A stretch of DNA of 64,000 bases from an uncultured Bacteroidota bacterium (GTDB lineage: Bacteria > Bacteroidota > Bacteroidia > UBA7662 > CAMTUB01): NCBI GenBank assembly GCA_947084835.1, contig CAMTUB010000016.1:9738-73737 (forward strand), given 5' to 3'. How positions within the stretch are numbered: position 1 is the first letter of the stretch; every line of letters starts with the position of its first letter. Of this stretch, positions 11,501 to 20,807 are shown piece after piece. The position numbers and the translations under genes were made by a program. The notes under the pieces are model-generated. The model saw only the letters and a list, made by a program, of their open reading frames with translations, did no database searches and was not told where the DNA came from.

Positions 11501-11522
11501 CGCTCCGATAGAAATATGAGCC

Positions 11523-11595
11523 TGACCGATGGTGTAACCGGCAACACGTCTGATTTTGGTTCAGAAGAGTCCAGGTTCGAGCCCTGGTCGGTCAA
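11523..11595 (+). tRNA. tRNA-Gln (TTG)
   Basis: Acceptor TGACCGA/TCGGTCA, anticodon arm TCTGA-TTTTGGT-TCAGA, T-arm CCAGG-TTCGAGC-CCTGG; CCA not encoded. Confidence 0.96.
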
Positions 11596-11596
11596 C

Positions 11597-11626
11597 AAAG
11601 CCCCAATTTTTGGGGCTTTTGTTTTT
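11597..11626 (+). terminator. Intrinsic terminator after tRNA-Gln
   Basis: AAAGCCCCAA-ttt-TTGGGGCTTT followed by T-rich tract. Confidence 0.8.
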
Positions 11627-11691
11627 TTAGGCAATTCCTTTTATACTTACTCTATATCACTTACCTTTGCAGCAATTCTTAGCATTAGATA

Positions 11692-12651
11692 ATGAGTCAA
11701 TCAAGGCGAAATGAAGTAAAAATTTTTAGTGGCGAGGCGTCAAGTAGCCTTGCTGTAAAAATTGCTGAGGAATATGGGGTAAAAATAGGAGAGGCAAGTG
11801 TACAGCATTTTAGCGATGGCGAATTTCAGCCTTCGTTTAACGAGTCGGTACGTGGTTGCGATGTTTTTATAGTGCAAAGCACTTTTGCACCATCCGATAA
11901 TTTACTTGAATTGTTATTAATGGTTGATGCCGCAAAGCGCGCATCTGCTCATTATGTAACAGCGGTCATTCCGTATTTCGGTCTTGCACGCCAAGATCGT
12001 AAGGATAAGCCACGGGTTGCAATAGGAGCTCGATTGGTTGCGGATTTGTTATCAACAGCAGGTGTTACTCGCGTAATGACCATGGATCTACATGCACCAC
12101 AAATTCAAGGATTTTTCAATGTGCCGGTAGATCACTTAGATTCTGCATCGGTACTTATTCCAGAAATTGTGAAATTGGGATTGAAAGACCTAACCATCTG
12201 TGCTCCAGACATGGGTGCAACACCTCGTGCTCGACATTTTAATAAAACCCTAAAAGTAGATATGGTGGTTTGCGACAAACATCGTAAACAAGCCAATGTA
12301 ATTGAATCAATTACGCTTATAGGAGACGTAAAAGGCAAGAATGTAGTAATAGTAGATGATATTATTGATACCGCAGGAACAATTTGTAAGGTTGCTGAAA
12401 CAATAATGGACAATGGAGCATTAAGCGTTCGTGCTTTTTGTACTCATGCAGTTTTATCAGGTGATGCATACAACTTGATTGAAAAATCAGCCTTGTTAGA
12501 AGTTGTAGTAACCGATACTATACCCTTAAAAAGACAATCACCAAAAATCAGGCAAGTATCAGTAGACAAGTTATTTGCTAAAGCAATAAAAAGTGTAAAT
12601 GAACATAGTAGCATACAATCATTGTTCGATGTTCAGAATACACCACAATAA
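11692..12651 (+). CDS. prs: Ribose-phosphate pyrophosphokinase
   Basis: FSDGE, ARQDRK, MDLHAPQIQGFF, IVDDIIDTAGT; TACCTTTG promoter element at 11662-11669. Confidence 0.97.
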   Translation: MSQSRRNEVKIFSGEASSSLAVKIAEEYGVKIGEASVQHFSDGEFQPSFNESVRGCDVFIVQSTFAPSDNLLELLLMVDAAKRASAHYVTAVIPYFGLARQDRKDKPRVAIGARLVADLLSTAGVTRVMTMDLHAPQIQGFFNVPVDHLDSASVLIPEIVKLGLKDLTICAPDMGATPRARHFNKTLKVDMVVCDKHRKQANVIESITLIGDVKGKNVVIVDDIIDTAGTICKVAETIMDNGALSVRAFCTHAVLSGDAYNLIEKSALLEVVVTDTIPLKRQSPKIRQVSVDKLFAKAIKSVNEHSSIQSLFDVQNTPQ

Positions 12652-12680
12652 AAATAATTATATTAATTTTAATAAAAACC

Positions 12681-13235
12681 ATGTTAACAGTTAAATTGAG
12701 CGGTTTTGCTAGACAAAACGTAGGAAAAAGAGACGCAAAAGATTTGCGCAACGAAGGAAACGTACCGTGTGTGATGTACGGTGCAGGTGTTCCTCAAAAA
12801 CAATTTTGGGCCAATGCTTATGATATTCAACAGATATTATTTAGCCCAGATGTTTTTAAAGTTATTATTACTGTTGACGGTCAAACGTTCGAAACTGTAG
12901 TTCAAGAATCTCAGTTTCATCCCGTTTCAGATTTAATCTTGCACGTAGATTTTTTAATATTACAAGCAGACAAGATAGTTAAAATTGCCCTTCCTTTAAA
13001 TTTCACAGGTGTTTCTCCTGGTGTTAAAGTGGGTGGTAAATTTGTTCAGCGTGTACGTAAATTGAAAATTCAAGCATTACCTGCACACATCCCAGCTCGA
13101 CTAGATGTGGACATCAGCACCCTTGAGTTAGGGAAAAGCATTTGTGTTAGAGAATTAAACTATCCAAACGTTAAAATTCTTGAGTCACCAAGCAATCCTG
13201 TATGCATCGTTTCAGTTCCTCGTGGATTGAAGTAA
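12681..13235 (+). CDS. rplY: 50S ribosomal protein L25/Ctc
   Basis: LRNEGNVPCVMYG, QFHPVSDLILHVDF, GVKVGG; prs-rplY-pth order. Confidence 0.95.
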   Translation: MLTVKLSGFARQNVGKRDAKDLRNEGNVPCVMYGAGVPQKQFWANAYDIQQILFSPDVFKVIITVDGQTFETVVQESQFHPVSDLILHVDFLILQADKIVKIALPLNFTGVSPGVKVGGKFVQRVRKLKIQALPAHIPARLDVDISTLELGKSICVRELNYPNVKILESPSNPVCIVSVPRGLK

Positions 13236-13257
13236 TATTTTATTGTCAATCAGATTC

Positions 13258-13288
13258 AAAAGGCGCATATTTAATATGCGCCTTTTTT
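13258..13288 (+). terminator. Intrinsic terminator after rplY
   Basis: AAAAGGCGCATATT-t-AATATGCGCCTTTT plus T tract. Confidence 0.85.
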
Positions 13289-13370
13289 ATGCACGTAACT
13301 TTAAGAGCCTTTTAATCAAAACCTAAATTTATATCGAGTTATTTTGTATTAAAATTAAGGTTGGAAAAAA

Positions 13371-13556
13371 ATGAAAAAACTAATTGTAATACTTGTATTT
13401 GGTATGATTTTGGTTTTAATTGGGATTTTTCTTGAAACATTAAATATCACATCAAATTTTAGTGGATTAATGATACAAGTTGGATTGGTAATTCAAATAT
13501 TCACAGTGTTGTTAATTATCTTGTTTATTTACAAAAACAAGATAAAGCTGAGTTAA
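13371..13556 (+). CDS. Small two-TM membrane protein, hypothetical
   Basis: ATG after A-rich leader; two hydrophobic stretches flanked by basic ends. Confidence 0.55.
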   Translation: MKKLIVILVFGMILVLIGIFLETLNITSNFSGLMIQVGLVIQIFTVLLIILFIYKNKIKLS

Positions 13557-13610
13557 TTCACTTTATTCTATATTCACCAAATATCTTTTTATAACAGTAC
13601 TTTTGCGTAA

Positions 13611-14171
13611 ATGAAATATTTGATCGTAGGATTAGGTAATCCAGGTTTAGAATATAGAGATACACGGCATAATGTTGGTTTTATGGTTTTGGATGAATTA
13701 GCAAATTGCAGCAATGCCCAATTTGTAACGCAACGTCATGCAGAAGTTACTGAAGTTAAGTTTGCTGGAAAAAAATTGCTCTTAGTAAAGCCAAACACGT
13801 ACATGAATTTAAGCGGTAAAGCACTTAAATATTGGATGGATGTAGAAAAAATCCCAATAGAAAATGTATTGGTGATTACAGACGACTTATCTCTACCAGT
13901 GGGCAAAATCAGGATCAGAACTAAAGGAACTGATGGAGGCCATAATGGACTAAAAGACATCCAAATGCGCATTGGAACTACAGAATACCCTCGGTTGAGA
14001 TTTGGTATTGGCAGCGAATTTCAGCGTGGAAAGCAAGCCGATTATGTGCTTAGCGCATTTAATAAAGATGAAGTACCCATAGTTGAAATCAAAGTTTCTG
14101 ATTGTACAGAAATTATAAAATCTTTTGCAACCATTGGTTTAGAACGAACCATGAATATATATAACAAATAA
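13611..14171 (+). CDS. pth: Peptidyl-tRNA hydrolase
   Basis: IVGLGNPG, TRHNVGF, KPNTYMNLSG, GGHNGL. Confidence 0.97.
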   Translation: MKYLIVGLGNPGLEYRDTRHNVGFMVLDELANCSNAQFVTQRHAEVTEVKFAGKKLLLVKPNTYMNLSGKALKYWMDVEKIPIENVLVITDDLSLPVGKIRIRTKGTDGGHNGLKDIQMRIGTTEYPRLRFGIGSEFQRGKQADYVLSAFNKDEVPIVEIKVSDCTEIIKSFATIGLERTMNIYNK

Positions 14172-14193
14172 AAAAGGGGCGTAAGCCCCTTTT
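14172..14193. terminator. Bidirectional terminator between pth and glmS
   Basis: AAAAGGGGC-gtaa-GCCCCTTTT between convergent stops. Confidence 0.85.
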
Positions 14194-14194
14194 A

Positions 14195-16036
14195 TTACTC
14201 CACCGTAACCGATTTTGCAAGGTTTCGGGGTTGATCTACATTGCACTCTCTTAAAACGGCAATATGATACGCTAAAAGCTGCAAAGGAATTGTTGCAATT
14301 AAAGGCTCCAACGCATCGTGTGATGCAGGAACTTCAATTACATAGTCTGCTAGTTTGCGAACCTCTGTATCTCCAGAAGTTACAATTGCGATAATTTTGC
14401 CTTTACGGGCTTTTACCTCTTGTATGTTACTTACTAACTTTTCGTATTGAACGCTGTTTGTTGCAATTACAACAACAGGCATTTCTTCGTCAATTAATGC
14501 AATAGGACCGTGCTTCATTTCTGCAGCCGGATAACCTTCTGCGTGGATGTAACTTATTTCTTTAAGTTTCAATGCACCTTCAAGCGCAACTGGGAAATTG
14601 TATCCACGACCTAAATAAAGGAAATTGCGTGCATCTTTAAATTTCTCAGCAATTTCAAGAATTAGATCGTTTTTAAGGAGTGCAACTTCTATTTTTTCAG
14701 GTACCTGTTCAAGTTCAACCAATAAACTTTGAAGTTGCGAGCGGCTTAATGTTCCTTTTTTCTGACCCATCCAAAGAGCCATTAAAATTAGTACTGTAAC
14801 TTGCGCTGTAAATGCTTTTGTTGATGCTACGCCAATTTCTGGACCTGCGTGTGTGTATGCGCCAGCGTGTGTCATTCTAGGAATGCTAGAGCCCACAACA
14901 TTACATACTCCAATAATTGTCGCTCCTTTAGATTTTGCAAGCTCAATAGCAGCTAAAGTATCTGCAGTTTCTCCCGATTGCGAAATAGCAATAACAACAT
15001 CATCAGATGTGATAATAGGATCACGGTATCTAAATTCTGAAGCATATTCAACTTCAACAGGAACTCGTGCAAATTCTTCAATTAAATATTCAGCAACAAG
15101 TGCCGCATGCCACGATGTGCCACAAGCTATAATAACAATACGCTTTGCATTTATCAACTTTTGCTCGTACTCACTCATACCGCCTAAGCGTATACTTCCA
15201 GTAGAAGAATCAATTCTTCCACGCATTGAATCATAAACTGACCGTGGCTGTTCGTAAATTTCTTTTAACATGAAATGTTCGTAACCGCCCTTTTCAATCA
15301 TTTCTAACTCCATTTCTAACTCTTGGATAGTAATGGGTTTTTCAACATTTTGAATCGTTTTAATGGTCAATTCTCCATTTGAAATGGTTGCCATTTCAAA
15401 ATCATCTAAATAAACAACACTTTTGGTGTATTCAATTATTGGAGAAGCATCGCTTGCAAAAAAGAACTCGTTATGACCTACGCCTACAACAAGCGGACTT
15501 CCCTTACGAGCAGCAACAAGTTTCCCGGGTTCTGTTTTTGATAAAACCACAATTGCATAAGCACCATGTACTTCGCCAAGTGCTAGGCGTACTGCTTCTT
15601 CTAATGAAACTTTTTCGCGTTCTTGAATTTCTTCGATAAAATGAACTAGGACTTCTGTATCCGTTTCGCCTTCAAAAACATGACCTCTTGATAAAAGTTG
15701 TGTTTTGATTGCATCGTAATTTTCAATAATGCCGTTATGTACTAAAGCAATATTTTTATTATTGCTAAGATGAGGATGTGCATTTACATCATTAGGCTCG
15801 CCATGGGTTGCCCAACGGGTATGCCCAATACCAATATTTCCAGTGCTGTCGTTTTTGTCAATGATAGTTTTTAGGTCACTAACTTTTCCAGCAGTTTTAA
15901 AAATTTTAAGATTCAAGTCTTTGTCTAACAACGCTATTCCAGCGCTATCGTATCCGCGATATTCTAAGCGCTGTAATCCTTTTATAAGGATTGCTGTAGC
16001 TTCTTTAGGGCCAACATATGCAACGATTCCACACAT
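14195..16036 (-). CDS. glmS: Glutamine--fructose-6-phosphate transaminase
   Basis: MCGIV, LEYRGYDSAG, GHTRWATHG, SQSGETADT, PRNLAKSVTVE. Confidence 0.98.
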   Translation of the reverse strand: MCGIVAYVGPKEATAILIKGLQRLEYRGYDSAGIALLDKDLNLKIFKTAGKVSDLKTIIDKNDSTGNIGIGHTRWATHGEPNDVNAHPHLSNNKNIALVHNGIIENYDAIKTQLLSRGHVFEGETDTEVLVHFIEEIQEREKVSLEEAVRLALGEVHGAYAIVVLSKTEPGKLVAARKGSPLVVGVGHNEFFFASDASPIIEYTKSVVYLDDFEMATISNGELTIKTIQNVEKPITIQELEMELEMIEKGGYEHFMLKEIYEQPRSVYDSMRGRIDSSTGSIRLGGMSEYEQKLINAKRIVIIACGTSWHAALVAEYLIEEFARVPVEVEYASEFRYRDPIITSDDVVIAISQSGETADTLAAIELAKSKGATIIGVCNVVGSSIPRMTHAGAYTHAGPEIGVASTKAFTAQVTVLILMALWMGQKKGTLSRSQLQSLLVELEQVPEKIEVALLKNDLILEIAEKFKDARNFLYLGRGYNFPVALEGALKLKEISYIHAEGYPAAEMKHGPIALIDEEMPVVVIATNSVQYEKLVSNIQEVKARKGKIIAIVTSGDTEVRKLADYVIEVPASHDALEPLIATIPLQLLAYHIAVLRECNVDQPRNLAKSVTVE

Positions 16037-16048
16037 ATAATATAAAGT

Positions 16049-17374
16049 CTATGGATTAAGTTTTGTAAATGTAATAATTAGTTTAGGTGGGTACAACAAA
16101 TGTGTTGGCGAGGATAAAATAGTTCTGTGTGCAGCTATTAAACTCCCATTTGTAATCAATACAAATTTTGTATCCTTAATTGTACCGTTTATCATTTCTT
16201 GTAAGTGACGGGTAATTTTAAATTTATACTTATTGGTAGTTTTGTTTAAAACACCATCGTACCAAGGTTCAATCTGATCAATAATTGGCTTGCTTTTACC
16301 TAAGCTGTCTTGGGTAAGTAATAAAAGCGAATTAGCTGCAGGAAAAGGCTCAATTCCTGTTCCAGGAGCAATGTTAAATACTATTTCAGCCTTGTTTATA
16401 ATGTATTTTTTGGTGCCAATAATACTATCTAACCACGGAAAATGCAATGTGCTTTTAACACCCGCAAGCCCTTGAATATACATTTCGCCATTTGGATTGT
16501 TAGCTTGCCCTAAAGCTGTGCCCACCCTCGAATTGGTATAGTTATGGTCGAACTGATTAACTTTTATAGAAGTGAGACTCGTTGGGAACGTATATTTTTT
16601 TCGAACAGTGTCGGAATGGTAATAAAAATGCATTCCAGAGTATTCACTATTCATATGAACTGTATATAAACAACCGCGATCTTGCGCATTTAGTTGAGTC
16701 GCCTCAACATACAACCCTTTAAAAAACCCTTTAAAGTCTGCATTAGTTGCTAATGAGGTTGTTCCTGATGCGCTTAAAATACGTTGTCCAAGTTGCGAGT
16801 TAAGTTTAATTCTTATTTGAGGTGGCAGCTTTCTTAAGCTGTCTTGCGAAACATTTCCTAATTCAGAAACCCAAACGCTATCTTTTGGATTAATGGTTAA
16901 TACAACATCCGCTAACGGTGTTGGTAATAAATTGGGTTTGTAAAACTGGGTATACGAAGTGTCTTTGTATAATGTTTCGTTAAGTTCAAACACCTTAAAG
17001 CGAAGTTTGGTGGTTGTATCGCCATAATAATTGTTTAAACGTAGAACTAATACTAACGAATCTAAGGATAGGTTAGATCCAAAGTTTACGTTTTGGGTTG
17101 GCAAGTCAACTTGTGATGTAAATCCGGCTTTGGTTTCTCCAAAAATCGGATCCCAAATATTCCCTAAAAGTTGTAATTGAGCATTTACGGTTCTTACCGT
17201 ATCCTCTTTATACGTATTTGAAATCCCATAAAACGAATCGATTTGCCCAAGGGTATAATCACCGGTTCCAGGTATAATTCCAAGCCCTAAATTGGATGAA
17301 TCGTTACAGCTAACAAACAATAATGCCCCAGTAATTACTACTAAGGCATTTTTTAAATATTTTTTTATTTTCAT
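16049..17374 (-). CDS. DUF4270-like lipoprotein
   Basis: Lipobox FVSC, DSLVLVL, FKGFFKGLYV, INKAEI; position between glycogen-synthase-like gene and glmS. Confidence 0.8.
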   Translation of the reverse strand: MKIKKYLKNALVVITGALLFVSCNDSSNLGLGIIPGTGDYTLGQIDSFYGISNTYKEDTVRTVNAQLQLLGNIWDPIFGETKAGFTSQVDLPTQNVNFGSNLSLDSLVLVLRLNNYYGDTTTKLRFKVFELNETLYKDTSYTQFYKPNLLPTPLADVVLTINPKDSVWVSELGNVSQDSLRKLPPQIRIKLNSQLGQRILSASGTTSLATNADFKGFFKGLYVEATQLNAQDRGCLYTVHMNSEYSGMHFYYHSDTVRKKYTFPTSLTSIKVNQFDHNYTNSRVGTALGQANNPNGEMYIQGLAGVKSTLHFPWLDSIIGTKKYIINKAEIVFNIAPGTGIEPFPAANSLLLLTQDSLGKSKPIIDQIEPWYDGVLNKTTNKYKFKITRHLQEMINGTIKDTKFVLITNGSLIAAHRTILSSPTHLLYPPKLIITFTKLNP

Positions 17375-18189
17375 ACAAGAACTGACTCAGTTGCCAGAAT
17401 CTTTTGATAGAATTCGAAATATTGGTTTTCGTATTCGTTTTCATTGTGTTCGATTACAAACTTGTCTTCTAAAGAATCGATAAGCAGGTTTGTTTCGCTT
17501 GATATTGGCCCAGCTTTAATGATGCCATCGGCATACATAATAGCTCCTTGGTCTAATCCATCGTTGGTTAGTTTGCCAAAATGTTTCATTTCATCAACGT
17601 TCATGTCGTCATAAACGGATTTTTCTAACAAATCTGATTGAAGTGTTTCAGAAAATTGATTTTCATATACCGAATAAACAACTTTCGTATCCTTGAAAAT
17701 TGGATTATTTTGATACAGTTTTTTGATGTAAAGTGGCACAAGGCTTGTCATCCAGCCGTTGCAATGAATAATATCAGGAGACCAGCCCAATTTATTTACA
17801 GTTTCTAAAGCGCCTTTGCAAAAGAAAATCATTCTTTCGTGGTTGTCTTCGTAAAATGTATTAGACCCATCTCTAATGCCGTATTTTCTTTGGAAAAACT
17901 CTTCGTTATCTAAAAAATATACTTGCATTTTAGCTGCTGGTAATGATGCTACTTTAATAATCAAAGGATTATCGTTTTCACCAATCATTATATTAATTCC
18001 AGACAAACGCACCACTTCATGTAAGCGATGCCTACGTTCATTTATATATCCGTAACGTGGCATCAAAACCCTAATTTCCATTCCCATTTCTTGCATAGAT
18101 TGCGGTAATGTGCGTGCAATATCAGCAATGTCAGAAATTTTAAGGTAGGGTTGCATTTCGTGTGCAATAAACAGGATTCGTTTCTTCAT
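17371..18189 (-). CDS. Glycogen/starch synthase catalytic-domain protein (Glyco_transf_5 only)
   Basis: EIRVLMPRYG, LHEVVRLSG, VYFLDNEEFF, PDIIHCNGW. Confidence 0.85.
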   Translation of the reverse strand: MKKRILFIAHEMQPYLKISDIADIARTLPQSMQEMGMEIRVLMPRYGYINERRHRLHEVVRLSGINIMIGENDNPLIIKVASLPAAKMQVYFLDNEEFFQRKYGIRDGSNTFYEDNHERMIFFCKGALETVNKLGWSPDIIHCNGWMTSLVPLYIKKLYQNNPIFKDTKVVYSVYENQFSETLQSDLLEKSVYDDMNVDEMKHFGKLTNDGLDQGAIMYADGIIKAGPISSETNLLIDSLEDKFVIEHNENEYENQYFEFYQKILATESVLV

Positions 18190-18315
18190 CGTTATTGGAA
18201 CTTACAGAATTAAACTGCAAAAATATAGAAAATTTTTCGATATCTTTTTGGTTTCTTTTGAATTTAGAAATAATTGGCTGTTATTTTGCCCCCTTGAATT
18301 CAATTTATAAAACCC

Positions 18316-19155
18316 TTGCTACTCTTAAAACAATCTGCTGATTTAATAAATTACCTTGAGAAACAGCACTCTAAAGGGTTTTCTGTTGGTTTTCTGCCAA
18401 CCATGGGGGCGCTTCACTTGGGGCATATCTCGTTGGTTGAAAAGGCTAAAAAATCGTGCGATGTGGTTGTTTGCAGCATTTTTGTTAACCCAACTCAATT
18501 TAATAATCCAACCGATTTGGCGAAATATCCACGGCCTTTTAGCAAAGATGTTGAAATGTTAATTTCTGCTGAATGTGATGTGTTGTTTCATCCAGAAGTA
18601 GGTGAAATGTATTTTGAACACGAAGTACCGAAACAAATTAATTTAGCTGGATTGGCAAAAGTTTATGAAGGATTTTACAGGCCCGGGCATTTTGACGGAG
18701 TCGTTACGATTGTATCAAAATTGTTAGAAATTGTAAATCCCAATGAGTTATTTATTGGTCAAAAAGATTTACAGCAATGTGCTGTAATCAATAAACTTGT
18801 TTTAGAAAAAGGATTTAAATCATCTGTAGTTATTTGTCCAACCGTTCGTGAGAAGGATGGATTGGCACTAAGTTCAAGAAATTTATTGCTATCAGATAAT
18901 GAAAGAACAGCTGCGTTAAAAATAAGCAAAGCCTTGTTTTTTATTAAAGAAGAAATCCAAAATTACAGTTTAGATGAACTTTTATTTAAAGCACAAGATA
19001 TTTTAATAGATGATCTGATTACAATTGAGTATATTGATGTGGTAAATCGGAATACGTTTATTAAAAGCTCTAGTGTAACTGATAACGGCAAAGCTGTTGT
19101 TGTTGCTGTTTTTTGTGGAAAAGTTAGACTTATTGATAACCTGTTTTTAGACTAA
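18316..19155 (+). CDS. panC: Pantoate--beta-alanine ligase
   Basis: PTMGALHLGH, SIFVNPTQF, RPGHFDGV, GQKDLQQ, GLALSSRN, RLIDN. Confidence 0.97.
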   Translation: MLLLKQSADLINYLEKQHSKGFSVGFLPTMGALHLGHISLVEKAKKSCDVVVCSIFVNPTQFNNPTDLAKYPRPFSKDVEMLISAECDVLFHPEVGEMYFEHEVPKQINLAGLAKVYEGFYRPGHFDGVVTIVSKLLEIVNPNELFIGQKDLQQCAVINKLVLEKGFKSSVVICPTVREKDGLALSSRNLLLSDNERTAALKISKALFFIKEEIQNYSLDELLFKAQDILIDDLITIEYIDVVNRNTFIKSSSVTDNGKAVVVAVFCGKVRLIDNLFLD

Positions 19156-19234
19156 TTTTTACAGTTGATTTCATCAAAAATGTTATGATTTAGAGCTGAA
19201 AAAATTCATTATTTTTATTTTTATATCCTGAAAG

Positions 19235-20275
19235 ATGCGTAAAACGGTAATAAGAAAATCGTTAAAAATCATATTGCCCTTGTTGCTTGCTGCTTTTCTT
19301 TTTAGAATGGCATTTAAAGATCAAGATTTAGATCAAGTTTGGGTTGCATTAAAGGCAGCTAATTATAACTGGGTTTTTTTGTCGCTAGCTTTTTCTCTAT
19401 TGAGCCATGTAGTTAGAGCAATTCGTTGGAAAATGTTAATTGAGCCATCAGGCTATAACTTATCGGTATTAAATTCTTTTTATGCAGTAATGGCTGGTTA
19501 TTTAGCAAATTTAGCTTTGCCAAGAATGGGCGAGGTTAGCCGCTGTGGAATGTTAAATCGTAAAACAAAAATACCTGTAAATGTATTAATTGGAACAGTA
19601 ATTGTTGAGCGCGCAATAGATGTTATTTGTCTTTTAGGTCTAACTCTTGGAGTTTTTTTACTGAACTATGAAATGGTAGATTCTATTGTTGCTACGTTAG
19701 ATTTGCCCAAGAAAAAAATACCACATTTAGACTTTTATTGGATTCTAGGAATTTTAGGTGTTGTCTCATTTTTCCTTTATGGCACATTTAAGTTTCTATT
19801 ACGATTTTACAAAGCAAAAAGGTTTTGGGTGAAATTAAAATCCTTTTTCGAAGGTGTTTTTGGAGGAGTAAAATCAATCCGGAAAATGAAAAACCCGTAT
19901 TTGTTTGTGTTTTACACCGTGTTAATGTGGTTTTTGTACTTTCTAGTTTTTTACGTATGTTGCTTTGCAGTAGAGGCTACAAGTAAAATCACACCATTTG
20001 ATGGGTTATTAGGCATGATTATGGGAAGCTACGGAATTGCTGCTCCAGTACAAGGTGGAGTAGGTGCTTTTCATGCTTTAGTAGCACTTACCTTTAGCAT
20101 GTTGCCAAATCAGACGATTTCTTATAACGAAGGGTTAGTTTTTGCAACTATAATTCATGGAGTACAAATGGTAATGATTATTGTTTTTGGTGCCATTGGC
20201 ACTTTTTTATTATTAGTGAAATCAAAAAATAAATATGGGATTTTCAAGCAAACAAAGTCGGAAAATAGTATCTAG
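19235..20275 (+). CDS. Lysylphosphatidylglycerol synthase TM domain (flippase-like) protein
   Basis: RAIRWKMLI, GYLANLALPRMGEVSR, VERAID, PVQGGVGAFH; multiple TM segments. Confidence 0.88.
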   Translation: MRKTVIRKSLKIILPLLLAAFLFRMAFKDQDLDQVWVALKAANYNWVFLSLAFSLLSHVVRAIRWKMLIEPSGYNLSVLNSFYAVMAGYLANLALPRMGEVSRCGMLNRKTKIPVNVLIGTVIVERAIDVICLLGLTLGVFLLNYEMVDSIVATLDLPKKKIPHLDFYWILGILGVVSFFLYGTFKFLLRFYKAKRFWVKLKSFFEGVFGGVKSIRKMKNPYLFVFYTVLMWFLYFLVFYVCCFAVEATSKITPFDGLLGMIMGSYGIAAPVQGGVGAFHALVALTFSMLPNQTISYNEGLVFATIIHGVQMVMIIVFGAIGTFLLLVKSKNKYGIFKQTKSENSI

Positions 20276-20729
20276 GAGGATTTTAACTGAAAGAGTTTTA
20301 GAATGGAAATCGAAAGGATATCGTGTTGTGTTTACCAACGGATGCTTCGATATTTTACATGCTGGCCATGTAGATTATTTAAATAAAGCAGCGGATTTAG
20401 GCGACAAATTAATAGTAGCCTTAAATAGCGATGCTTCTGTAAAACGATTAAAAGGCGAAAGTAGGCCTATACAAGACGAGTTTTCAAGGTCGTTAGTTCT
20501 TGCTAGCTTAGCTTGCGTAGATGCAGTTGTTGTTTTTGACGAGCAAACCCCGTTTGAGCTGATTTCTGCAATAAAACCCACTATTTTAGTTAAAGGGGGA
20601 GATTATTCTCATGGCAATATTGTAGGCAGTGAGGTTGTTTTAGAAAATAACGGAGAAGTTATTATCATCCCATTAGTAAAAGGATATTCTACTACTGCAA
20701 TTGAATTAAAAATCCGTCAATCAAAGTAA
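20235..20729 (+). CDS. rfaE2: D-glycero-beta-D-manno-heptose 1-phosphate adenylyltransferase (RfaE domain II)
   Basis: FTNGCFDILHAGH, LNSDASVKRLKG, LVKGGDY, GYSTT. Confidence 0.92.
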   Translation: MGFSSKQSRKIVSRRILTERVLEWKSKGYRVVFTNGCFDILHAGHVDYLNKAADLGDKLIVALNSDASVKRLKGESRPIQDEFSRSLVLASLACVDAVVVFDEQTPFELISAIKPTILVKGGDYSHGNIVGSEVVLENNGEVIIIPLVKGYSTTAIELKIRQSK

Positions 20730-20807
20730 TCTCAAATAATCCCAACTAAAATATATAATTCAGCGTATTTGTTCCTAAATTAGCCGACTTAAACGACTTC
20801 GAAACGG

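Noticed and set aside
11498-11692. 64-aa ORF
   Set aside because: Shadow of tRNA-Gln and its terminator
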